A stretch of 64,000 bases of DNA from Lama glama (Eukaryota), in contig CM052830.1 in NCBI GenBank assembly GCA_028534125.1, positions 3,534,001 to 3,598,000 on the forward strand, written 5' to 3'. The notes below the pieces were generated by a model that ran no database searches, was not told the origin of the DNA, and saw nothing but the letters and a program-made list of their open reading frames with translations. Both the position numbers and the translations under genes were made by a program. Position 1 is the stretch's first letter; each line of letters starts with the position of its first letter. Shown in pieces: positions 50,601 to 62,600 of this stretch.

Positions 50601-53600
50601 GATCGATACAGGTGTTCCTGAAAGTGGCCAGAAGTCAAGAGATGCTGGCGCGCCGCCCCAGTGTCCCTTCCCGAAGGGCTCTGGTGATTGTGAATCACCC
50701 TACCTCCTCTGCCGGAGAACAGAGCCGCTCCAGGAGGGCAAATACGGAGCAGGATCTGCTGCAGAAGTGAATTCAGGGAAGAAGAAAAAGGCTTCAGAAG
50801 TTGCAGAAGTGCCAGCTTTTCCTTTGTGGAGAGAGAACAAAGGCATGAAAGACAAACTGATGAGATTCTCAGAGCCTTTGTGTGCAGCCCGCTTGGGTGG
50901 GGGTCACGGGCAGGATGCTCAGGGAAGACTCCTGTCAGACGACAAAGGCTGTGGAGAGGAATGGGCCTCCCAGGCTCGAGGCAGGTCAGAGGCTGCACAG
51001 ACACATCGATCAGAGTCAGGCGAGCAGCCTCAGGGGCCCCTGACCCGGCCCAGGCTGCTTGGGCTCCCTGGGGAAAACTCAGCCGTGGGAAACACTGGCT
51101 CTGAAGCCTTCCTCCTCTGCTTGGCAGGAGGTCTGGGCTGGGCGCCCGCCTCACAGGAAGGGGACCCGTGTCCAGAGCCACAGGAGGCCTCTGAGCATGT
51201 GGGGACGTGGCCAGCTGCTGCCCCTCCTCCCACGGGACCCAGCACTCCTCCCCAGCGTCACACCCCCACCAGTGTCATTTTGGAAACTGTGTGGCCAAGG
51301 TGAAGTCTGATCACCTTGACTGTGAGTCACCACCCTAAAATGCTCTGTTCACCTAAGTTCTCTACCCTGGGGGCCTTGTCCCTCAGGGGACATTTGGCTG
51401 TAGCTGGAGATCTTGTCACAGCTGGGGAAGGAGGAGATGCTGCTGGCATCTAGTGAGTAGAGGCCAGGGATGCTGTTAACCATCTTACAGTGCGGGGTCA
51501 GCCCCTCCCGATACAGAGTGGTCCAGCCCCAAACCGCAAGGGTGTTGAGGTTGAGAGTCCCCCGAATTCGGGTGCTCTTCTTTGTAACCCAGGGCCCTCT
51601 CGTGCCTCTCCTGATAGGAGACCATGATGGACCACGCCCTGCGCACCATCTCCTACATCGCGGACATCGGGAACATCGTGGTGCTGATGGCTAGACGCCG
51701 CATGCCGCGGTCAGCCTCTCAGGACTGCATCGAGACCACCCCCGGGGCCCAGGAGGGGAAGAAGCAGTATAAGATGATCTGCCACGTGTTCGAGTCTGAG
51801 GATGTAAGTAAACGCGCGGGCAGGATGTTCCCCTCCCCCGCCCCAGCCTTGCGGGGGCTCCGGGTTCCCAGGCGCCTTGGAAACCGTGTATCGGGGGCGG
51901 TCCTGTGCGCCGACGCGTCCAATGGAAGCAGCGAGTTTTCTAACCCGCTTTGAGTATGCAGAGACCGTGAACTCAGCTTCACGAAATAAATTCTTCAGGA
52001 GCTGTTTATACATCGAACCATTGATAAATATACCAAGGGCGTTCTTCGGCAAGATCCTTTAACAAACCCTTTGTGTCTCCCCAAATGAAGTGGCCCTGTT
52101 AAGATGCACACCCTCAGGCCCCAGGGTTGCTTTTGCTGGTGGCCATTTCAGGTCATAACAAGTTGGAAAATAGAGTGGACCCATGAACAGCACGGGTTTG
52201 AACTGAGCGGGTCCACTTACACGCAGACCTTTGTCAAGAGTAGATGCTACAGCGCTATACGATCTGAGTTGGTTAAATCTGTGGGTCCTGGACCGCGGAT
52301 TCGGAGAAACCGCGCATCTGGAGGACCGACTGTCACTCATACACAGATTCGTTTGGACTGTGCAGAGGGGAGCGCCCCTCACCCCCGTTTGGTGCGAGGG
52401 TCAACTGTAATTCTGAAGTTTAAAACACCACAGATTTGCTGAGACCATTAAACCCTTTGACTCCCTTGAACGGGATGAAAGCATCTTTCTCAGCCTGGAA
52501 GAGGGAGGAAAGGAGGGGCGGGGCAAGAGGTGAGCGGGGTCTCTGGGCTGCACTCCCCGCCCCGGCCCCCTGCAGGTCTTAGGGAAACCCTGGGAGGCAA
52601 GGGCTGAGCCGTTCTTGTGGTTGTTGCCAGAGTAGAGTTTTTTAAAATTCTCTCTCCACGGATGCTTGGAAAGGGCGTTCTCTTTCACTAAGGGACTCGA
52701 GGGTGTGTCAGGGACCTGGCACAGTGGGGAAGGGTCCCAGTGTTTTCACCTTTGAGTGGGCTGGTGGGTGGGGGTGGTGATCTTTTTGCTAAATTGAAGT
52801 CAACTACAAGGGCTTTGAAGCAATGACACCTTTATAGGGAAGGGAATTTAAATAGAGACCCACTAGTGCATGCACATGTTCCTTTCACCATTATGCAGAT
52901 ATCTGTGGACATCAGCATAGGCATTTTTGTGTGGCTAATGGCTTGAAGTCTCAGAGACCCAGCATGGGGGGAATGTCTGTATGTAAAGTGAAAGCCAGGG
53001 TTGATGAGCCACTAAAAAGTGCTGGGGGCAGGGCAACCTCCCCTTCCTGCCTTCACCTACCTGCAGGAGGCCAGCTCTGAGTGCTAGCCTCCAGTGCCAG
53101 CCCCAGGGTGAGGCCCCTGTGCACGCTCCCCATCTTTCTGGGTTCACAGCTGGCTGTGACCTGCAGAGCTGGGGAGTCCCAGCCCCCCAGAGAGCCCTCT
53201 GGAGCTGCCCCAGCTCAGGTGGGAGGGATGCAGGCACTCAAGGTGGACGGGGGGATGGGAGATTGCAGCCAGCAGCTGGTAAGATGCTGAGGTTCCCAGA
53301 AGCCCTGCTGTGGATGGCCTCACTACCCGCAGGATGAGGTGGTGGGGGCTATCCAGGCAGAGCTCAAGGAGGGTCTTCGGGGAGTGATGGGGTGAACAGA
53401 GCGATACTCTTACACCACCCTGCCCAGCCCGGGGACCTCAGTCAGGGTGAGATCCACCTGGAGGCCTGGGGGCAGCCGGTGTGAGACCCCAGTGGGGCAG
53501 GGCAGATCCAGGCCTTCACCCTCCACCATCCACCCTCCATCCTGGGACCAGCCTCCTCCTAGGAGCCCCGATCCCCAGCTTGGCTTGAGCCTAGGCCAGG

Positions 53601-56600
53601 CAGTCTCCGGGACTCGCCCCTACTGGGCTCCCATCGCCTGGGCTCCAACACATCTGGGCTAGTAGCGCCACCTGGTGGTCTAGGGGCTCCGCGCCTCCGG
53701 CTTGTCCTAGCTCTGAGCCCAGCTGCCAAACAGCCAGAACGCTGCTCCCAGGCACCGTCCTGGTCCTGGCGAGGGAACACTGGCTTCCTGTCCGCAGACC
53801 ATTGGGGGCTCAGTTTGGGAGGCCTGTCCCACCTAGAGTCAGCACCTGCCTAAGGGAGGGCTCCCTCTGGGCTCTGCCTCTGTTATCTGGCCCAGCCTGC
53901 TTTGAGGCAAAGACTTACTCATTTGCAGCCTGTGAATTGTGCAGCATGTAGAGAATGGGATTTAGGCCAAATCCCTCAATTCCACCTGTTTTTGGGTCAA
54001 CAGGACCCGAGGTTTGCTGGGGGTGCCCATGCTGAGTCCCCTTTTTGGCAGTGGGGAGGGAGGTGGCAGCAGGGAGTAGACCAGACCTGGGGCTCCTGCA
54101 GCCTGTGGCTGGGGGCGGGGCCTGGCCGTGGGCAGAGGGGTCACTGAGGGCCCCACTGCTCCCACTGCCCAGCTGCCAGTGTGTGCTTGACGTGTCCCAG
54201 GTGCTGGGTCCCTGGCCTTCGCCTCCCACTGGCCTTTATCTGCACACCAGCAGGTGGCATGTAAGCTCTTGCAGTGACTGCTCCGGGTCCAGGTCTCTGT
54301 GGTGTCAGAGACTCCACGAAGTCCATAGAAGTGGTCCCGTTGAATAGAAGGAAGTGATCTGCTCCATGATTTTCTCTGTGCTGTGTCCCCAAGGTCCCAT
54401 GCTTCTTGTCGGCCTGAGCTCAGCCAAGCCACACCTCCCTGGGAGAGAGGCCAGCCACACCCCTGCCTCCCCAGTCGAACTGAGTCCTGTTGCTTCGGAG
54501 AAATAAATATCGGGTGGACAGAGAGCACCTCAAAGTGCGATGCTCCCCAAAGAACACACCTAAAGTCTGTGGAATAAGATGGGTGGGAAGAAAATACAAC
54601 ACAGTCACCTATGAAAGCAATGAAGCTGATCATTAGCGAAGAATTCAGTTTCCCCAGACTTTATTCGAAACCGTGCTCTGTCTTAGAATGTCTGGGACTT
54701 AAAGCAGCTCAGGTCAGGGCCGCCAGGGGCGCCAGGCCCCCCAGGCAGCAGAAGGGGGAGAGCCCATAGTGGGATGTGGGTGGGAGACAGCTCTCGCGAG
54801 ACCAGGGCCACGGCCACCCAGGCAGGGAAGGGCCCTGTGCAGGCTGCCTCTGCATTGGCACCCAGCCCCACTGCGGCCCCTCCTCTCTGGGCCGGGCTCG
54901 TCTCCAGTGGGCGCCCCTCCCCGCAGGCCCAGCTGATCGCCCAGTCCATTGGCCAGGCCTTCAGTGTGGCCTACCAGGAGTTCTTGCGGGCCAATGGCAT
55001 CAACCCCGAGGACCTGAGCCAGAAGGAGTACAGTGACATCATCAACACGCAGGAGATGTACAACGACGACCTCATCCACTTCTCCAACTCGGAGAACTGC
55101 AAGGAGGTGAGGGTGGGGCTCCCCAGTCAGCTTGAGAGTGCGATAGGGGGGAGCGGGGAGTCGGGAGGGGACAGGTGGGCGGGCCTCCACAGCCACGTGC
55201 AGTCCCTCCTTCTCACAGCCTGAAGTGTGGCCCTGGGTCCATTCCACTCCTGCCTTTGCAGGGAGCATGTTTGTGTGAAATGAGGTGTCCTTGTAACAAA
55301 GAAGCTGATTACACTCAGTCCTAATGACCTTGAGAATGCGCCTCTTAATGCTGCTATTAGACGGATGTTCAATGCCCCTCCCCGCCCCAGCCCCGAAATG
55401 CTTCTGGAAAGCATCTTTGAAATGGGGATCTTGGGCAGTCTGCCCAGGGAAGTTTCAAAGCCCCCAGTACTGGAGGCCTTTGCGGTTCCAGTGGGACTGC
55501 TCAGGGGTCTTTAGAAAGTTCTCCTGAGACAGAGGAGCCAGTCCCTGGGGGTGGCCTGCACCCTGAGTCCTTGAGGGGTAAGTGAGTTGGCTTGTTGCTG
55601 AATGAATGACAGACAGCTTCCAAACAGTGACCCTGGAGACAGAGATAAATTGAAGGACTTTCCTAAATGAGAGCAGAAGGCCCGGCAGGGTTGGAGTCTG
55701 GACTCAGAGAACATTCCTCTGGCCTCCATGGGTTTGGGGAGGGTGAGGGGAGCAGACAGGCACACTGGAGCCCAGCTTAGAGCTGGGGGAGTCGATGCCA
55801 CATGGGGAGGGGTGGGAGACTGTGCTCTCAGTTCCCAGGATGATGGACAGGTCCCAGGTAGGCTTGGAGGCCAGGAGGAAGACCAGCCTCAGTTCCTAAG
55901 GCAGGGTCAGGCTGGTCCTTCTGTGGGTGCTTGACTGAGGCCCTGGCCCCTGTCCCCCTTTTGGGCACCTCTTACTTTCCTGATGTCCTTCCAGCTGCAG
56001 CTGGAGAAGCACAAGGGGGAGATCCTGGGAGTGGTGGTGGTGGAGTCCGGCTGGGGCTCCATCCTGCCCACCGTGATCCTGGCCAACATGATGAACGGCG
56101 GCCCAGCTGCCCGCTCGGGGAAGCTGAGCATCGGGGACCAGATCATGTCCATCAATGGCACCAGCCTGGTGGGGCTGCCCCTTGCCACCTGCCAGGGCAT
56201 CATCAAGGTGGGTGCCCGGGGCCCTGCCTGGCTTTATCCCTGCTGCGTGGTCATCCTGGCTGACCCAGGAGGAAGCCGGGTCCAGGCAGACCCACCCAGT
56301 GACTCTGAGCCAGACACTGTCAGCATCCCTGATGTCAGAGAGGGGCCTGGGCTGCCCCCTGGTGGGGGGACGTGGGGGTAGGGATGTCTGCTTTCACTTA
56401 GCCCAGTCCTGAGCCACGTGGACCCCAGGCAAGCGCCGAGGACCCGTAGATGTCAGGTGACCAACTTGTCCTGCCTTTCACAGGTGATAGCCTCACCTCC
56501 TAGGCAAACGTGGAGGTTAGGGTCACCTTGCACGGATCTGAGCTGGGCGGCTGCTCTGACCGGCTTACCCGTGAGCGTACAGCTTTGGGAGGTGCTGAGC

Positions 56601-59600
56601 GGCCTGTCCCCAGAGAGGATCACGCAGAGGGGACACAAACTGGTGGGACCGGGGCCCACTGCGGGTCTGAGAGAGTCCCGGGCGGAAGGATCAGGCAGCC
56701 GTGACCGGAGGTCTCAGCACTGCAGTGCCTTTGCTCTTTCCGGGGTATCCGGACACCTCTGCCTGCGGGGAGTTGTCCCGTGGCTCGTCCACGCCCGCAG
56801 CCCCCGCAGTGGTCTTGCTGAAGGAGGATGCGCCCCCCTCCTCCCTGTCACCTGACAGAGGGCGCTCCTGAGGCCAGAAGGCCCCAAGAACTGGCTTCTG
56901 GACCTGGTGACCCAGGGGTACCGTTTAGCTAGACAGACAGACATGAAAGAAGCCTCAATCAGAGGTGCCAGAGGCTTAGCCGGCCAGGCCCCTCCCTCTG
57001 AGGGAGGCAGCTCTCAGTCGTCACTCGGGCGCTGATGGGCTGTGCGCGCATGCGTGGCCGTGCACGTTTGTGCGCATGCGCATCTGCGGGCGCGCCTGAG
57101 CAGAGGAGCTTTGCGGTAGCCGCAGCGTCGTTCGGTTTAGGCCGCTCTTCTCGTCCTACCCGACCCCAGAACCGTGGCCTGCAGCATCCGCTGTCCTCTG
57201 GGGTCCAGGGTCGCCCTTGGCTCCAGGTGGCCTGTCTCGGTGCAGACACCAGAGCCCCTGTTGGCAGACCCGCTGAGCCGGCGGCTCCCGGTCCTCGCCC
57301 CGCCAGCAGCGCACGAGACCATCACGGGAGGATGCTTGTTTTGAGGAAGGTGACCCCACAGTCCTTCCAAACAGGAAGTCCTCTTGCTCGCAGTGTGGCG
57401 AGGGCCCCGAGTGCTGGCCCGTCAGTTGTGCACAGTGGCCTTTGGGGCCTGGCGTCTGGCCCCCGGGGCAGCGTGGTTTTGCCCAGGTCTAAGGGCGCAC
57501 CAGAGCGCGGTGAGCTGCGGCCACCTGGGATGCCCAGCACCCCTGCACCCGGTCGGGGAGATGCACGTACCCATGCACAGAGGGGCCTGCCTGGGTTCAG
57601 TCCCCCTGCAACCCGAGCCTGTGAGGTCGTCTGAGACCCACCTGTGACTCCTGTTCTGTGCTCTGCAGGGGCTGAAGAACCAGACGCAGGTGAAGCTCAA
57701 CATTGTCAGCTGTCCACCCGTCACCACCGTCCTCATCAAGCGGCCGGACCTCAAGTACCAGCTGGGCTTCAGCGTGCAGAACGGAATTGTGAGTCCGCGC
57801 TCGGCCCTGGGCAGCCTCTGCCGAGCTCACGTGTGGCTTGGTGCAGGGAACAGGGATGGCAGCTGTCCGTCCCCAACCCTGGAACCACCCTTGTTGGATG
57901 GGGCAGGTCCTGGCCAGTGACCCCCCGTTCCTGGGCTGCAGGCAGGCGGGTTGGGGGGAGGGCTGGCCGCGTGGGTAACCCCAGAGTCCCTGGAAACGTC
58001 TGCCAACTTCTGAGTTCTGCATGAGCACTTTTTCTGTTTTCAGTGTCATTACACCCAAAGCACAATGCGTTAGTTTGCAGATAGGCCCAGGATGGCCCAC
58101 TTAACACTCCCTTCTAAACAAGTACCCCCTGTCTCTCTCATGGCATCATTCAGGGAGTCACAAAGTCCACTGCTGGGAGACCCCAGCCTCCCTCCTAGAA
58201 GTGGGGCCTGTGGCCCCGAGTTCTGTGGGTGCGCCTCATTGAGGAAGGCCTGCCATCCGTGTTTGTGTGTCTGTGTGCGTGTGCACGCGGCCCTCTCCCA
58301 GCCCCTCCTGCTCCCCATCTATCCCCTCTGCCAGCCTGCCCCCTAGATTCCAGCTCAGGTCCCCCGCCAGGGTCTGGGTCCATCCTCTGCAGCCCCCACT
58401 TCTTTCTCCCTTCCTGCCCCTGTTCCCGCTTTCCCTTCTCCCCTGGAACTCCCACCGTGAGGGAGGAAAGTGCCCCTAGGGATTTACCGGAGACACACCT
58501 GCTCCATGTCCCAGCTTCTGTCGGGAGCAAGGGGGTCCTGCCTGACACTGGGCCTGGCCAGGAAGTGGGCCAGATCACCCTGAAGCACCCTCTTTAGGAT
58601 CCTCAAAGAGCCAGGTATACTGGGCACAAGGTGCCCTTAAATCAGTCCCCTGGGGGCCGTGCAGGGAGAGTAGAAGTTCCTCCTTAGCGCCGGGTGGGGT
58701 TTCTGGGCATCAGGTGAGCAGAGCCTTCACCAGACAGAACAGATGCTCCCTTTCTGGACAGTGGGTGCCACGGGCAGCCCGCTTCTCTATCTCAGCCACA
58801 CTGGCCGTGTCCTGTCTGGCCCGAGAGCCTGAGATCCAGGACTGTGACCCACTCTGTGCAGGAGTCCAGGTGGCCGGGCAGCAGTGACCTTGGGCTGTGA
58901 CGTCAGCTTGCACCCTATCTCCTTCCAGACAGAGAGGGACCCGAGGGCTGGGGGGACCCCGAGGACTTCGGGCCCGCACTGGGACTTTCACACACTCAGA
59001 AAGTAGGTCTGGAAAGACCTGCAGCGTAGCGTCTGTGACGAGGCCAAACTCATAAACCAGAGGACCCATGGGAGTCCTGTGGTGGTGCAGGGCCGGCCTG
59101 CGGTCAGTGGCCTTTTGGCTTGCCTCAGCCTGAAAAGGATACCAGGCCAGTGCAGTGAGAGAGCAGGGGGCAGGGTGGAGCCGTCCATCTCTGGGTGGGA
59201 GAGGTGGCCTTGGCCGGGGGTTGGATGGGAGCTGGCGGTGACACAGGTGGGAGCCCCAGGTGAGGGCGGGTGCGTTCAGCACAGGATGCAGAGGAGAGTC
59301 CTCGGGCGGGATGAAAGGAAAAAGGAACAGTGAGTAGGGAAGGGCTGGACGTCCCACCTGCAGATACGCCTCCTGTGGGCAGGCTGACCCCTGATCTTGT
59401 AGGATGCTGCTCAGAGTTATATGAGGACCCCTAAAAAGTCCTAAAAAGCTCACGAGGTGAGAGTTGTACCGGTAGCATTTTTCAGATGGAGGAAACCGTG
59501 AGGACCAAGGCCTTACAGGTTCGAGGCTGCCGGATGACGTTACAGGGAGGGTCTGGGCGCTCGGGGGACCGGGTCCCCCAGCCTGGGCTTCTCCTCCTGC

Positions 59601-62600
59601 CCGACCTCGGGCTTGGCCTCCCTCATCCTCAGACACAGCTGATGCGGTGCAGCCTTAGGGCAGGTGGCTGGGACGTCAGGGGCTCCAGGGGGCTCAGGGA
59701 CACGGGTCCAGGTGCCCAGGGCTGAGTGCCACGGCTGGGGTGCATGGGAAAGACCACCAGCGGCTTCGAGGTTGTTCTCAGGAAGGCACAGCCCCAGGGA
59801 CATGGCTGTTTGACCTGGGCCTGCCTCTGCCCTTGTGCTGGGGAGGCGACGGGGGGATTAGTAAACCCAGCCCTTCCTGTGCCCTCCTGCCACCCTGCCT
59901 CTGGGATGTCAGTGCTCCTCCTGCTGCGGTGCCCTCACTCCCACACCTCCTGTGGCTCCCAGGTGCAGAGGGCCCACAGAATGGGAGGCTGCTCTTCCCT
60001 CCCTGATCTCTGCACAGACTGCCCCTTTCCGATACCTGATCTTTAGTGAATTCACCAACGGGGGATCTCACGCTTAGGGGCTGCACCATTGTTTCCCCAA
60101 ACTCTTTCCATTCATCAGCTCATGAAATCACCCCTCCCTATGTGGAGAGAATCATGACTGTCACCTGAGAGAGGAGCAGTGTGGCTGGTGGAGAACCTTC
60201 CAGAATGGGCCTGACCTGTGTATACCCCCAGCCCTCCACACTGCCCGACCCAGGAACAGAGGCCCTGGGATGGCTGGGGCCAGATTCCTGGCCAGCGGGG
60301 TGGGGACCTGAGGGCCCAGATGGGTCTCCCCAAGCATTTTCGAACATTTTCCAAATCATAAACCTCCCCATTGCTGAGTCAGTGGACGGCAGGTAGCAGT
60401 GCTCGTCCTGTGGGGCTTCTCCCCCCACCGGTTCACTCTCCTCCCGGTCTCTGGGGGCAGGAGGAGTGTTGGCAGGGTGGCGGGAGCTCTGTGCTGACCT
60501 GACACCCGTGTCCCCTAGATCTGCAGCCTCATGCGAGGGGGCATCGCAGAGCGGGGTGGCGTCCGTGTGGGCCACCGCATCATCGAGATCAACGGGCAGA
60601 GCGTGGTGGCCACGGCGCACGAGAAGATTGTTCAGGCGCTGTCCAACTCGGTCGGAGAGGTGAGCGGTCCCTTTCCTGAAGCCAGACCAGGCTCTTGGGG
60701 CCGCTGGGCCCATATGTTTTCATGATGACATCAAGCCCCTGAGGGTGGGCGGAGGTGCTGGGTGAAAGCCACGGGTCCCCCCAGAGCAAACCCCCTCCCC
60801 GGGAGAGCCTGTCCCAGCAGGGCCCCCGCATGGCTTGCTGGCGGGTGTGCTCCCTCCGGGACCTCCTGGCGCGCATCAGCTGAGCAGGGGGTGTGTCTCC
60901 CACCAGGTTGCTGGGTGGCAGGTGGGATCCCTGTCCTCGCTTTGGTCACTGTGCCGCTACCGACGGGAGGGTAAAGGTGGCAGACACATCTCCTCTGACA
61001 CTGCTTCTGGAGATGGACTGAACATGCTCAGTCTGGGGCCCTGCCCTGCCCAGTGGGGACACCCCCACCTGCCATCCCCACCCATGAAGCAGGCTGGCCC
61101 TGCTGCTCTGCCCTTACCCCCTCACTGGCTTTGCCCTTCCTCCTGTTTTTTTCTGCCACCAGGGCGATGCTGGCATGAGGCTGGATGGGGCCGGGGGTGG
61201 GAGCTCAGGAGCAAGCAGGATACCTCGGGAGGAGGATTAAGATGCTGGGGGGTTGGTGACAGCACGGTCCTGTGAAGGAGGCCTCCGCTGGGCGGGGGGG
61301 ATGGGTGTGTAGGGCCTGTGAGGTAAGCAGGCAGAGTGAATGAGCAGGCTCTCCTGGGAGAAGCATGGGTGACAGCAGCCCAGAAGGGGCAGATGGAGAC
61401 AGAGCTGAAGGGGTGGGCAGCACAGGGAGCAGCTGTGAAGGCAGGTGCTGGCCCAGAAGTTTAGGTTTGACTCTGAGGGTGGGGGGAGCCCTGGGTGGCT
61501 GTGGCTTGGGCTCTGGCCTGACCCCAGGTGGGTGGATGGGGTGCTGTCTTCTGAGGGCCTTCAGATCATGTCTGGTCAGATCCCCTTTCCTGGGACTGCA
61601 TTGCCCTACTTGGTGTCTGTGAAACTCCCAGACCTGGGGGAGGAGGCCTGTTTCCCTGCATGGGTGGGAGCAGGTGACTCTAGAGGGAGAGGGGCCAGGT
61701 AGACACCATTGACTTCCTTCTACAAATGGCTTCAAAGAAAGGGAAATCCAGTTTCCTAAGTAGAAGCTTCGAAATGGTTGACCTGCTGGAGCCAACAGTC
61801 TCACACCTACCAAGGAATCACTCAGGTGGGGGAGCCGGGCTGGGAGCAGGGGAAATGTTTCCAACTCTTCAGACCTGAGAGGAATTGCTATTCAGAGAGG
61901 CTCGAATGTAGGCTAAGGGTGTGAACATCCCTTCAGCCTGGCTGTGTTGCTGGTGATTAGGTTCTCGTCTGGTTGCAGAAAGAATTCAGAGAGGAGACAC
62001 AGAGGTTAAGACAGTAAAGTGAGGATTTATTAAGGGATAGGACGCTCTCAAGGGGAGAATGGGCAGACTCAGGTGAGCAGCTGCTCTAAGTTTCTTTGGC
62101 AAGCTGGTTTTATAGGGTGTGAAAATGAATGGGCAGGATATTCATTGGGGAGAGAAGAGTTTGGGGTCATATTCCCTGATTTTCATCCTAGCCCCACCTT
62201 CTGGAGGGGAAGAGGGATTTTTGTCCTTATTTAGTCTGGGTCAGAAGTGTCACAGCATCAGTGCATGCTGGGTACTTCTAATCTGCAAGACTGATTTTAT
62301 TGTAATGAGGGTATAATGAGCAAAAGGTTCCATTTGGAGACTGGAGATTCCTGCCTTTCCCCACCTTTCTTTGTCGACCTCCAGGACTCTTGTCACCCCA
62401 AGTTGTGTGTTATCAGTCCCAAGGTTCCTACTTTTCTCTGTCTGCCAAGGGACCCATGTTTATGTGATGTAGGGTTTCCTGCCATTTGTCCCTGTGTCCT
62501 CTCCTCTTTTGCCTAGTTTCTGCCATTTGGCCTGTGTCCTTCTTCCTCTACTCACATCTAGCTGTCTGCCTGCTCTAACAGCTGAACCTTACACTTGACC

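Noticed and set aside
50279-59636. 200-300 aa intronic ORFs (50279-51181, 53962-54633, 58710-59636; likewise 25461-26252, 48558-49277)
   Set aside because: Pro/Ser/Gly/Arg-rich with no recognisable domain; typical of GC-rich introns
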